Shown here: positions 26,665-39,100 of the stretch, in pieces
How the letters are laid out: every line of letters begins with the position of its first letter
Position numbering within the stretch: the first letter of the stretch is position 1
Origin: Paraspadella gotoi
Lineage: Eukaryota > Animalia > Chaetognatha
Assembly: GCA_051294375.1 (NCBI GenBank)
Contig: CM119267.1
Span: forward strand, 3,270,593 to 3,334,592
Direction of reading: 5' to 3'
DNA: 64,000 bases
The notes under the pieces: generated by a model
Told to the model about the DNA's origin: nothing
The model's input: only the letters and a program-made list of their open reading frames with translations
The model's database searches: none
Made by a program: the position numbers and the translations under genes

Positions 26665-29600
26665 TACGTCGCTTCGGTTCACATCGTTCTCGACGATTCT
26701 CTCAGAGATACTCCGTTCCGGTCAGTGGAAGAAGACAACGACGAGAATAATGTTTGGCCTTATTTTCCCAGAACGCCCGATTATATATAAAATTTGGAAA
26801 TGGGTTAATTTTTTTTTTTTAATTAAAGATTAGGTTAGAAGTTATGGTTAAGGATTAAGGTTAGGGATTAGGTTAGGGATTAAGGTATAAGGTTAGAGAT
26901 TAGGGTTAGAAATTAACGATAAGGGTTTAGGGTTTAGGATTAGGATAGGGTTTGGGGTTTGGGGTTTGGGGTTTGGGGTTTAGGGTTTAGGGTTAGGGTT
27001 TACGTTTATGTTAGGGTTTAAGATTAGGATTAAGGATTGGGTTCCATATTTAAAAATATATTTAAGTTAAATATTAAGATCGAAATTAAATTCCGGGATA
27101 AAGGAACAGAAATTGGGCGCTTTGGAAAAATAAAGCGTTTAAAAAAAAGGTCAAAATTCGGATCTCTTTTCTACAGCAACATCAGCGGATGTGACGATGG
27201 ACGTTGCGTCGTCAACGTGACGGTTTGTGACGGACGCGTTGACGGCGACGGATGTGGAGGAGAAAGACGATGTTACGAGAGAGACTATAGACCGGGTAAG
27301 GAGAGATTTCTCTTTCTCTCTTTCTATTGTTTCTCATTCTCTCTTTCTCACTTTCCGTATATCTCTCTCGTTCTCTCTCTTTACCTCTCCCTCTCTCTCT
27401 ATCTTCCCCTCTCCCTCACTGCCTCTCCCTCCCTCTCTCCCTCTCACTTCCGCTCAAATTTTCCGCCTTAATTTTCGCATCGCGTTTAAAATATTCACGG
27501 ATCCATTCTCTTTCTATCGCCCTCTTTGTTTTCGCTTCGCGTTTTCGTTTCGCGCGTTATGTTTCGTTTTCATCCCGAAGAAACGAGACGCAAAACAAAA
27601 CGCAGCGAAACGAGTTTAATTGGAAAACATTTTTTTTAAATTATTTTATGTGAAGATATTGAATAATTTTATTTATACAGTTGTAACAATTCCTCAAAAT
27701 ATTATACAACTTCATTGATAATAGACTGTAAGAGTCTTGACTGAAAGCTTGCAGAGTCCTGCGAAGAGTGATGGAGGCCTTAAACCGCCATACCACCACC
27801 AAAATCAGGGTCAAGACAACTTATTTATTAAATCATTACATCATTAAAGTCTTTATATTGGTTGTAAGAATTTCATCGTAATGAAATAATGAATCTATTT
27901 TTAAAATTTTCTTGAATCAACATTGTCCTGCCAACCCTTAACCCAATCGCGCCATCCCTTTATCTCCACTCCTTCCCAAAATTCTCGACCACGCCCAGGC
28001 GACGTCATCGTGGGCAACGTGACGCGATGTCGACGCCACGCGGTGACGCTACTCGAGCGCCACCGTCCGATTCCCATCGTTTTCGAGACGAGGCTCAAGG
28101 AGGCGATGGCGCTTTGGATCGTACTCGCCGTTCTCGTCGTCGTGGGTGAGTAATTCATTTTTCTTTCTCTCTGTCTCTGTCTGTCTCTGGCTGTCTGTCT
28201 GTCTGACTGTCTGCCTCTCTCTCTTCTCTCTCTCTCCTCTCCTCTCTGCTACATCTCTCTCTCTCTTCGTCTCTCTTCTTTCTCTCTTTCTCTCTCTCTC
28301 TATCTATCTCTCTCTCTCTCTCTCTCCCGTCAAACGTCAAAACCTAACCCTGTTTCCCCCCCATTCCCACCCTTCCACCCGTCTCCACTCCCACCTTTCA
28401 TCCTTCCCCCCTACTCTCTCCCCCCTCCCCCCCCCCCCCATAGCCTGCTGCCTCCTCCTCCTCATCACTCGCCTGGCGCCGGCGCCGACCACCAAGGGTC
28501 GACTCTTCAAATCCTCCTCCAAGATTCCAGCGCCAAACAAAGTCTCTCTCCCGATTCCCAAGAGGGAGAGAGCGATTCGGCGTCCTACGACCTCGGCGCC
28601 TTAAAGATCGACGCCGCCCGTCCTTGGCGCCGCCCGCTCCGCAACCCGGACGCCGTGCCCAAGCCGCCGCGGGGCCGCTGCCCGCCGGGACGTTGCCCAC
28701 CGGGCTGCCTCAATCCAGGTGGGGGAGCGTCGTCGGAATCTTCGGTGGGCGTGGCCGGAGAGGCGTCGTCCTCGGCGTCGTCGTCTCGCGCGTCCGGTGT
28801 CTCTGATTTCCCGCCAAAAAAAGCCGCGTCTCTAAATTCGCCCGAATCTCCGCCGGAGCTTTTATATTACGACGCGGCGTCCGGGTTTTCTTGTCTTCTT
28901 CTTTCTCCTCCTCTCTCTTTTCACTTTCCTTCTCCGCCACCGACAGAATGTTCTCCTTCTTCCGAACCTCTTCCTCCTTACCCCGCTCTTCCTCTTCCCT
29001 ATCATTTTCCTCCCCTGCCTCCTCTTCCCTCTCTTCTTCCTCCGTCGCCCCTTCCCTTCGTCGTTCCCCTCGCTTCTCCCGAACGATGCGATTCGAGTTT
29101 CGGTTCCGGCGCTGCGGCGTCTGAGGCGGCGTCTGAGACGGGGTCTGTCTCGGGCAAAAGAATTTCCGCACTTTCCTTTTCTTCGGGCGGAACGGAGTGG
29201 TCGTCGTCGCCGACGGCGTCTCCCTTCCGGTCGCCGGACAAGGAATTTCTCGGTCTTTTGTCCGGCGACGTCAACGCTAACGGAACCGGAACCGAGATCG
29301 ATTCCGTATTTTGCCGCGTGTGCGTTCGAGAGACGCCGCTTGCACGCGAATCCACCCTCGCACGCGCTTCTCCTTCTCTCGCACGCGATGCCTTTTCATT
29401 CGCACGCGCTTCTCCCCTCGCACGCGCTTCTTCTTGTCCCGGATGCACGTCCGACCTCACGCCGAAATCCCTGTCGCACTTCACCCGCGCCGCCGTCGTT
29501 TCCGCGCGGTACAACGTCACGCAGCGCAGCGTGCACGTAGACGCTGCAGCAGGTGAAGATTATTTTAAAATCTATTATATTTAATTGGACTAACATTAAA

Positions 29601-30793
29601 TCATAAGACGTACAAATTAGTAGGATCTAAGAGAAGTTGACAAGTTGAGTTTTTTTGTTTTTTTAAAAATTGAATCAACACCTCAACGTAACATGATATA
29701 AAAAAAATTAAATCATCACTTACTAAAAAATTCAGATGTATTTAATTTCTAATGATCTTCTTTTCTTGTTTTCCCTTTTCATTCTCTGTTTCCGATGCGG
29801 ATCTCGACGAAAATCAAAACAAAAACAAAACTTTTAAAAAACTTAAAACTAAATATGTATACAGCATGTCTATATCTCGTGCTCTTTTGTTTTTCGTGCT
29901 TCCATACTTTTCCGTTGTCGTTCCCCGTTTCAGCTTTTTTTTATTCCTTTAGTACAGATATATATCTTCTAACGCCGCAATATCAATATTAATATTTACT
30001 ATACTTTTAATGCACTCACAAATATCTCAATTCAATTCCAAACAACTTTGCCCGATAAATTCCGGGAAAAAAAATAAGTCAGTTCAAATTGGGCGAAGAT
30101 TTATTTGCTTTTTTTTAACTTCTAGCCTCGCCTTTTATTAACAAAGTGAATTTCGTTTATGTGAAATTCAAAACTGATTTAATCGTTTTTACATTTCCCA
30201 AGTGGGACATCCTTATTTCACCGAACGAACGATTAATGGACTTTTAGTTTTACAATTTAAACGAATTTTACTTCTCTTATTCAGCCAAATATTTTTTTTT
30301 TTTCAAAAATATTAAATTTTAAATCTCTTCCCTCCTTCTCCTGTTCCCCAGACCTCCCCCCCGACGGTCATGAAGACCTCGTCCAAATCTGGTATCTCCA
30401 CGAGGACTTGGAGGCCGCGTCCACGCTGGACCGCGTGGCCATCTTCGCGCACGAGGGGACGGGGTCATCGGAGCGAAGCGGGTCTCCGCTCAGGTGAACC
30501 ATACGGGGAATTGGGCATTGGCCAAGGTCGAAAATGGGTTTACAATTAACATATAAAGTAATAAACGCATTTTTTCTATTCAATATTGTAAAGATCAAAT
30601 GTTCGATTCGCTATTTACTCCTCTTAGTGCCCTCTCACTGCCCTCAACGGCCCCGGAAATCTTCGACCCTGACGGCACGCCCGTCATCAACCCCTTTCCT
30701 CCCGCCGCCGCGAAAAACCCCAAGTTCGCCGCCCTCAGAGACATCTACGGGTCATCGCCGTCGTTGTTGTCCAGGGACGAGACTGAGTGCTGA
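340..30793 (+). CDS. Divergent classical-type cadherin (multi-exon; EC repeats, TM, p120 and beta-catenin binding cytoplasmic motifs); start uncertain, model interrupted by gaps and indels
   Basis: Phase-consistent exons: ..2161 | 13180-13214 | 13334-13476 | 14720-14823 (PLDRD) | 15401-15695 (ILDVNDNAP, DADQGDNA). Later exons: gap..~23989 | ~24501-24645 | ~25930-26067 (LDFET) | ~26338-26417 (EDVNDNAP) | ~26525-26720 (DADA) | ~27177-27295 | ~27999-28145 (TM MALWIVLAVLVVV) | ~28444-29552 (DSQEGESDSASYDLGAL, JMD-like) | ~30353-30493 (DRVAIFAHEGTGSS) | ~30629-30793 (PKFAALRDIYG, cf. PRFKKLADMYG). Signal-peptide-like WISRLLLAWMTVLQFAPN-GAVAA spans exon 1/2. Confidence 0.85.
2720..2900. repeat. Degenerate ~18-bp minisatellite (GTGCTGCAGCA-like core)
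   Basis: Recurrent gtgctgcagc/ctgcagca/ctacagca motifs at roughly 18-nt spacing. Confidence 0.55.
3585..3972. repeat. TTATTG/TTTTAG compound tandem repeat
   Basis: Long run of ttattgttttag / ttattgtttttg units; source of spurious Cys/Tyr-rich ORFs. Confidence 0.9.
6268..6460 (+). repeat. Interspersed repeat family A (~230 bp), copy
   Basis: Shared core gctatct(t/c)gcccctgacttt...ttacaagataatgacatagcaggtccct(g/t)caagctttcaatcaag...cttccctatcaatgaag. Other copies at ~17380-17475(-), 18510-18615(+), 27700-27835(-), 34110-34200(+), 37660-37830(+), 38256-38490(+), 40237-40397/42866-42905(+), 55860-55995(+), 59760-59865(-). Confidence 0.85.
10941..11057. repeat. 23-bp minisatellite x5
   Basis: tttagagggcatggtgacaagga repeated five times with one variant base. 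Confidence 0.95.
11730..12160 (+). pseudogene. Degenerate Penelope-like element (PLE) reverse transcriptase fragment
   Basis: Across frames: ISSPLADFYMEDYE ... NHLNAL..QWTCEK/EVNG/IPMLDVL/IKRKEG/SLDVFVYR/PTH/ANQYI, matching the PLE RT C-terminal pattern SPVLADxxMExFE...HLNS...FTxEKExNGxLPFLDVxI...VYRKPTHTxxY. Several frameshifts needed. Confidence 0.7.
13495..13870. repeat. 29-bp minisatellite (partly N); mirrored at 22060-22480
   Basis: gccacttttgatcctctgccatctcatta units. Confidence 0.9.
14950..15310. repeat. TTAGG(G)-rich repeat with ~75-bp tandem units, same family end as 26757-27136
   Basis: Repeated gaattaggttaat...gattaggtcaaa...tagggttaa units ending in aacagaaatagggcgccctcggaaa. 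Confidence 0.65.
17819..18447. mobile_element. TA-flanked MITE (Tc1/mariner-type ends), present only in the right arm of the inversion
   Basis: TIRs ctatctagg(g)aaaaaagttagaaaacattt ... aaatgttttctaacttttttcctagatag flanked by TA. The left arm shows the empty site (atctaagTAgacaggg at ~17531-17546). Confidence 0.85.
20245..20550 (-). pseudogene. Inverted, frameshifted copy of cadherin exon 15401-15695
   Basis: ORF 20202-20531 repeats ELDDAVRVVRW...NDNAPEL...DADQGD with indels. Confidence 0.8.
24015..24240. repeat. GATTT/GGATTT/GATT microsatellite
   Basis: Direct inspection. Confidence 0.9.
26757..27136. mobile_element. Short TIR element containing telomere-like (TTAGGG/TTTGGGG) repeats
   Basis: Ends gccttattttcccagaacgccc ... 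gggcgctttggaaaaataaagc (18/22 inverted match). A related right end occurs at ~15277-15310 and ~31981-32016. Confidence 0.6.
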
Positions 30794-32394
30794 CGATCGA
30801 CAAAAGAGCATCTTTGATTCTCCGATAAAAATAGCAAGAATTATCATTCCATTTCTAACAATGGAGCTTCAGCTTCTGCTTCCGACCGTGCCTCTTTTTT
30901 GGTCTTCAGTTTTACATGCTTATTTTGATATCGTTATACGTATTTCGGAGCTTTATTAGTGTATTTATATTTCATTCGTGTTATTTTTATATAAATTAGT
31001 AATATAATTGAACCAATGACTTCTTACTGTTCTACCTAAATAAATATTACAAAGCTTGAAAGAGCACTACTCATATCGTGTCTTACTCATAAAAAATAAA
31101 TTATTACAAATCGGCTTAAATTATTACTTTATAGAACTTAATAGAAGTATTAGTAGCTAAATGATTTTGGTGACCGCTTAACATTTCTAGTAATTAACGT
31201 AGCCAAAATAATCCGCTGTTATCTATGAACTGTCACAATACATGAAATGATAAAAGAATATATGTACGAATATCAATTTTGGTTTTATCGTTCTGGACAT
31301 TTTCCATTTTTTATATAAGAGTCGTGCCTTTTTAATTGTATTTATTGCGCATATGTAAAACGACTCGTCGAAATCGATATGACCGAATATTTATTGCATT
31401 AATATTGTACTTTTTGTAAGAGAATAAAACTGAATTATTATAAACTTTTTGTTTGTCTCTTTAGTTTTCTTCCTATTTATGTTCAGTGAGTACGAGCTTC
31501 ATAGAATTTAGGGATAAAATTGTTAAACTTGCGAACAAAAATGTAAAAGAGAAAATCAGAAAAGGCGAATTAGTAAATCTCAGCATCCAATTTACTTAAA
31601 AACTGACTCATTCACTCATGAAAGTCGTTTACGGTTTTTTTTTTTTTTTAATTCCCCAATTTTATTCGAACAGGATGTTTTCTTTCGTATTGACCTCATC
31701 GCTGCGGTTTTGGGGGAAACGAATAAACATCATTTAATTCATTCAAAAAGTCTTACAAATCACTAATGATGTTTGTTTTTTTAAGATGCACTAATTTGCA
31801 TAAGTTATATAGTAAAATATGTATTTGGATTTACTGCATGAAAATCATTGACTAAAAGAATAAACATTTGAATAAATAAGGTAGAAATACAGTAGTAAAA
31901 AATACCAGTAATTATAATTTAGGATTAAAGTTAAAGATTAATTTAAGGTTAAAGTAGAGGGTTATTAAAATTATGTTACAAGGAACAGAGATGGGGCGCT
32001 CTCGGAAATGAGTGCCGAAACGTTCTTCTTTCTTCTAAATTTAATTTATTTCAAACCGTAGTGAGTGAAGTTTTAAGATTGCATCTGGAAAATTTTGGAA
32101 CGCTTCGTCATCTCTCTCTTATAAAAAAGGCGACTCGGAGTTTAACCGCAAACCGTAAGGAGATGCTTTTGCCTTTTCTTTCATTTGCTGATGTTACGGA
32201 TGACTGACTCATATCGATCCTTTCGGTCAATACTTCCCATTTTCGATCTTCGATTTGGCTTCTTCGATTCATTTTGTATTTCTCTAATCGAATGTCAGTT
32301 TGTACACGTCATTAAAATTATAAAAACCTTTTTTCCCACGAAGAAAACCAATTTTTTTTATTTAAATGTTCGTATGTTAAGTAAAATCGATTTA

Positions 32395-33138
32395 CTATCT
32401 AGGAAAAAAGTATATCATATGGTGGACTAAAATCCACCAACCGTTCAATCACATAATTGTTAAAAAGTTCATAAATGATAAATAATAAATATTAATAAAT
32501 TAAAAAGATATATAAAATATAGGTAAAGCATTGTTAATATTGATTGATTATGGCTTGCATTCCTCTGGGCATGTTCTCGTAAAGCGAATTGAGGTATGAT
32601 GGTGAAATGTTTTTCCACACTTTTATCCCAATTCTTTTCAGCCCCGATGTTGATATTACATATTTTCCTTTTTTTTAAAATTATAATGGGACTTTTTTGA
32701 ATAAAAAAAATGTGTAATACTTTTAATAATGTTAAACTAATTTTATTTAATACTTTTAATAATGTTAAACTAATTTTATTTAATACTTTTAATAATGTTA
32801 AATTAATTTTATTTAATACTTTTAATAATGTTAAACTAACTTTATTTAAAATAAATATAAATAATTAAATATTAAAAATAGTTTAAAAATTAATTAAGAT
32901 TTTTTTCGCCATTTTTTGTTTTATCTTTTTATCTTTTTATCGTTTTAACTGTCAAATTGTCTCTTTTATTTCAGAAAAAAAAAGGATCATTTTTGACTGT
33001 AACTTCTAAACGAATTTACTTACAAAAAAATGGAAAGAACCTACTAAAAAAGAATTCAATGTAAATTTGTAATTTTTTTTAAATTTTTTTTAAATCAAAT
33101 CCTATACTAAGAATGTGATATACTTTTTTCCTAGATGG
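32395..33138. mobile_element. TA-flanked MITE, same TIR family as 17819-18447
   Basis: TA-ctatctaggaaaaaagtatatca ... tgatatacttttttcctagatgg-TA. Shares internal gcatg(t/c)tctcgtaaagc and aaaaaaatggaa segments; contains a 33-bp AT-rich tandem repeat at ~32716-32850. Confidence 0.85.
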
Positions 33139-33149
33139 TAATTAACAAA

Positions 33150-35350
33150 ATGCGCGGTTTAATTCCGTGGGCGTTGGCGTTGGCGTTGGCGACGATTACG
33201 CCGCCGTCCTGGTCCGACGAAGACGTTTGTCTTAAATGTCCTCGAGACTTTTCGAACGACATCGTCAACAATGTGGACGGGAGAAACCAAGTCAGACGAA
33301 AACGGTGCGTCAACTTTTTTTCTCATAATAATTTTTATATAAATCTAAGCCTTTTTTTTAAAAAAACTGCCACCCCCACACCAAATTGAAAACATTTCTC
33401 GATTGCTCAACAGAAGCTTCGGTGAGGACATGGATTTTTCTACGGCGCTTGCCGACGTCATTGATGGAGTTCACAGGTGATCCATCGGGCGACGTCATAA
33501 CGTTGCATTCTTTTACGATTTTAAAACGAAAGTCGAAACTCTCAGGTTTTCCATCAGTTTCAACGACGAGGTGGATTTCTTCGATGAAATTACACCGAGA
33601 TTTACTGTAATCCCTAAAAACGGGGAATGGTGGGAAGGGTAAGTTAAATGGAAAGGGCATGTTAATTGGAAAAGGTCGAGTTATTGAGAGAAAATCTAAC
33701 GCGAAGTTAATTTAAAGTGTGTTGCCATTGATACCAATGAAAATAATAAGTAGGTAGAATAATTTGTTTTTTGAAGGTTCCTAAATCAGTCTCCTCGATG
33801 AGAAACTTACCTTTCTGTGTACCAAGAAACATTTTCAAACCGATGCAAACCTAACTTCAATTCCCTACCCAACTATTCAGTCCCAACGTCTGCGTTCGTC
33901 GAGAGGAAAAAACTTTGACGACGTCGCCGAGCGAAACGAGCTTGTTGGACGAGGCGAGCGTTAGGATGGGGGTAACTCATACATTGGGTAATTGGATAAA
34001 GACCTTAAAAAGTTAAAGTTTTCTGATTGAATTTAAAGCGATCTACTTATTACAATCTTGATTAAATGTGAGCGACTTAGACTCGCCCCGTCGATAAAAT
34101 TCTTATAAAATTGGTACGTCCAATATGATAACTAAATGAGCTGTTATAAATGAGCGATCTTGCCCCTTAATTTGGATTTGCTAATTGGTTTAAGGCCTAC
34201 TGTATTCTACTGCGCCCTATAATATATATATATATATGAAGGTTGTAAAATTACTTGTTTCACTATCTTTATGCATTTATTTAAAAAAAGCTATGTTAAA
34301 TATATAATATCAGCCTTTAAAATTACCCTGTATATTTAAAATTTTTAAATAATTTAATTTAGTCGTAATTTTTTAAAATAAAGTACTCCACAGCAAAGCT
34401 CAACATTAAAAAAATTAATTCATTTAAGATTAATCTTTTTTATTTAACTTTTTTATTTAACTTTTTTATAATAGATTAAAAATTAAAAATTTACAAGGGG
34501 TTTCCGGATCTAGATTGACCCAGATATCTAAATAATAATTTTTAAATTCTTAAAAAAATAAAATGAATGACAGGTCAATGATTCTAAATCTTTTGAATAA
34601 GATTCGATTTTCCCCTTCTTGATTTTAAACACTCGCATTTAAAAAATCATATCTCCTGAACCACTTGACCCATTGTGATAAAATTTATACGCATTGATTC
34701 ATTTTTTTTAAACAAAATTATTTTTTTTATTAAATTTTTAAAAATATTCTTACGAATTTAATGTTATATTGTGTTGGGTTTTTTTTTTGTTGTTTTTTTT
34801 TTACACGAGTGTAAATATCCTTCTTTTTTTTAAAATTTAGACTCTTACGGAAATGTATCGTTCCGCTTTCGGAATTCATATTGCCTATCATCAGCCAATT
34901 CATTCAAATGCAACTACGAAGTAAGTCAATTGACCTGACGTGGTCATCCGATAGGAAAAGTAATGTCTAACATATAAATTAACGTCCCTTCAGGTCGGTA
35001 ACTCTACCTCGAAAACCATCACCAGCGAAATTCACGAGTGTTGCCAAGGATACGCGCGCGTCGAAGGGGAATCTAAACCCGGATGCAATAAAGGTGAAGG
35101 AAAAGGAGGATGTAACTGAGTAGAAGCGGGAAGTTCCCTGCATGTAATAAAAATAAACTGAAAGAAGTATTGAAAGCGGATAGAAACCGGATGTAATAAA
35201 GGGAAAGGAGGATGTAACCGAGGAGAACGGGGAAAGAGCCCGAAACGTCGTTAAAACGACCTTAATGTTTTTTTTTTCTAATTCGTCGGGAGACTTGACT
35301 TCTAGCTGCGTTTCTAAGAATAATGATATTCCTCCTCTAGTGCACTCTTT

Positions 35351-35394
<44 letters not shown>

Positions 35395-36135
35395 CTCTCT
35401 CTCTCCCCCTCCCGCGTTTTCTCCCCCCGAGTTCCTTAACCATTCTCTTTCAACCTCTCGCCTTTTCCCCTTATTTTTTCATATCTCCCCTCCCCCCTCC
35501 TTCCCAGGCTCCGTTAATCCTCTCCTTTCCCATCTCCCCTCCCCTCCTTTCTTTCCTCAGCCTTGGAACTGACCCCGTTGGACGAGACGATGGAGAAACT
35601 CGGTCTGCTCAAGCTGAAGGAGGCGTTGCGAAGCGTGGGACTAGGGAACATCATTCGGACGCAGAACGTGACGGTGTTCGCCCCGACCGACGCCGCGATG
35701 ACGGCCTACGAGGAAGAGGAGGTGAAGTCGGGAGTAAGGAGCGGGGCGGGGTTGTGAGAAACTGAGGGGCGAGGGCATGAGTAGTAATCCAAATTGAAAT
35801 TCACATTTCTACCCTTTATATCTGTTCTAATTGTATCAATTTAGTAGAAAAAAAAAATAAAACTAGATTTTCTGACTAATACTTTCCAAATTAATTTACC
35901 GCTTAGGTTTCCTTTCATTTGAATTTCTTTCCTTTAATTTATATTTCTTTTCTCTCGATATCGTTAACATTTCTTTTTCATTTTCCCCTCCTTCCCCCCC
36001 CTCTCTAATTTATCCCAGAAAAGCCGGTTGGCGTCTTATACGCCGATTAGAGACGCCGCCGCGGACTTGGCGTCAAGCGTGATGGTTGGCGGCGCGCCAG
36101 TCGCATACCGGGAGAGGTAAAAAGAGAGAGAGAGA

Positions 36136-36167
<32 letters not shown>

Positions 36168-39100
36168 CTGACTCTGAGTCTTTTTAAGCGACCAACCTTT
36201 TTCCGTTTGTTTACAAAAACAAACAAAACAAGCCATAACTTAGGACTTTTTTGCCCTTCTTTTTCGAAAATAAAAATAAAATTCTTTTGAATCGCTTCTT
36301 TTTTTTTCTCCCTCCCAAAATAAAAAAAGGTCTCCTTTGATTCTGGACGATTCGATCCGAGGCGAAGTGAAAAACATCGAGAAAACCATCCTGGGTCACC
36401 TCGTCCCGGGGTTTTTGAGGTAGTGAGAGAGATAGTGAGACTGCGAGGGGTGGAGTATTAATTCTCGGGTATCGTTTATTAGCATATCTGATAAAACGCT
36501 AAGTTTTTAGTAGTTACTCTATTGCCAAATGAAATTCGGTGCATTAATCTCATTTACATATAATAGTTAATTATTCAAAGTGTCATGAGTTTATGATCTT
36601 TTTTTATGTGTGGCTAATTTTTGGGTTAATTTATAGATAATTTTGTTATATTTTGTTAGTCATTATAGACTTAGTGGCGAATCCTAAAATTCGGCTCCCG
36701 TATAGCTTGGTTAAACTCTGCTCGTTCCATTGGCTTGGACAGCAAAGTACTCGTTCACAACCGTAAGTTCCGGGTTCAATCCCCTCACGGTCACGCTGGT
36801 TAAGTGTGATTGTGTCGGAATAAACACGAGAGTAGTGGTCACTGCAGCTCCAAAGCCCTGAGCGCAAGCTGTATGGAGATGCATCACACTCCGGGCATCC
36901 CTCACGTCTCCCCGTTGCCATAACTTTGTTTTTTGTTTCATTTAGATTTTCCTCCATGGCGGACGAGCAGCTGGTCGAGACTGCAAATGGTCAGGATAAG
37001 CTGAGGATAAACATTTTCGAGCATCGAGGGCTCGCCAAAAAGCTGGTCACAGGTTGTTCCCAAATTATGAACCTTGTGGAAATCAAAAACTAATTATCAT
37101 GTATAATACTTTCTTTAAACAGCGAACTGCGCTCCGGTTTCTTCGGCGGATAATCAGGCGACCAACGGCATTATTCATGTAATCGATCGAGTCGTCTCGC
37201 CTGCCGTCAAGTGAGAATGAATTCAGTATATTATTATATATATATAATATAATAATAATATAATATACATATTATTATTTCCTTTCAATTACTTTTTAAT
37301 CTGCTTTGTTTTTATCTCACAACGTTCCGCCACACACCTATCCCTTCATCTCGAACCCCCAGAGGTACTATTATGGACATCGTGGCCAAGGACGATCAAT
37401 TCGGGATCCTCGAGTCGATCGTCGCTCAGTCCGGTTTGAAGGCTTTGTTGAAGAACGAGGGAGCGAGTCTTACGCTCTTCGCTCCGACGGACGCCGCCTT
37501 CAAGAAGTTGCCTCCCAAAGTAAGAACTATTAACTCGAGCGGGGGTTTGAAAGTTTTTAGTGGTTGTTCGTGGTTGATGGATAATTAAGAAATGCAGGAC
37601 GGTCTTCAAACTTTCAAACTTTTCGCTTCTTCGTACTTGGGGCTTCTATTAAATAATTAAAACCAATATAATAATTAATCAATGTCCATTCATTAAAAAA
37701 AACTTATCTTGATAATGACATAGCATAAATGGCAAGATAATGACTTAGCAGGAACTTTCATTCGCTTTTTTATAAACTCCCAAGCATTTTCATAAACTGT
37801 TTCGATTTTATGAAAGTACCCACTCCCTTAAGTATTGTAATCCGTACTCGCATAAAAATACAAAAGCCAATTTTTTAACTTATTTGCCATTATCTTTTCT
37901 GTTTTTATTTCTGTTTCTATTTTAAAATCTCCTTTTCATTACGCGTTGTCTTGACGCGCAAAAAAACCGTTACGCACTAATTGAAAACGATGTTAGTTTT
38001 AATTTCTGAAACTAGTCGTTTTCTCTCGCCAGGTGCTCGCGCGACTGACTTCCGGTCGTAGCGGCGATTGCGTGAGACGTATCTTGGAAGCGCATATTGT
38101 GCCGTCGGTTATTTGTGCGGCCGCCGTGGCCGGCGTCTCGCCCGTTTTGATCACCAACAAATTGAACGAACGTATTAACGCCAGCAGGTGCGTTGAAAAT
38201 ACATACTTACTTGGAATCGATAAAATATTTAAAATAAGATATGTTATGTAGTATAAATTGGTACAACCAAGATAAATTAACCATTCATTCAATAAATGAG
38301 CTATCTTGCCCCTGACTCTGGACAGTCTGTGGTGATTTAAGGCCTACAAGATTATAACATTACAGGACCCTGCAAGCTTTCAAGCAAGACTCTGTTTCGT
38401 TTATTCACTGTACCTGGCTTCCCTATCAATGAAGTAGTTTAATATTTCAAAGAATGTTTCAATTATATAAAAGGTCCACTCCCTTAAGAATTAGATCGGG
38501 GAATCGAGAAATTAATTAATTATATGAAATTAACAAATCAAATTAAAATTGTAAGAATCCCGACGCTTCTTTACACACCAACAGGATTGACGACAAAATT
38601 TTTGTCGGCGAGTCTCGGGCCCAGGTAACCGTCGCCGATGTGGTCGCCACCAACGGGATCGTCCACGTCATCGACGGGGCGCTCATCCCTCGTTCTAGTT
38701 TCGACGTATTAGAGGTGGCGCGGCGAGCTGGCGGCGCCGCCTTCACCAAGATGGTAGAGAGTTTTTCGAAAGAGGACGAGTTGGCTTCCAGATTGGAGAA
38801 TGCGAGAAACGTGACGATCTTCGTGCCCACGGACGAGGCCTTCGAAAAACTCACCGAGAAAGAAAAGAAGGATCTTACGGACAAGCGAAAGCTCGAGGTA
38901 CTTGGGGACGGAAGAAGTGAGAAAAGTAACCGGAACTCTTTTCCTCAATTTAATAATCATGAAGGTAAACGTTTAAGAAATATTTTCATTAATCGAAGGC
39001 GACGCTGAAGCATCACGTGGTTCCGGACACTGTGATCCGTTCTATTCGCGATTTGGAGGTCGGTGAGAATTTGCGTACGATGAATATCGATCACCCGATC

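Noticed and set aside
26920-27020. True telomere or chromosome fusion site
   Set aside because: Short, degenerate, single orientation, and enclosed by TIR-like ends inside an intron.
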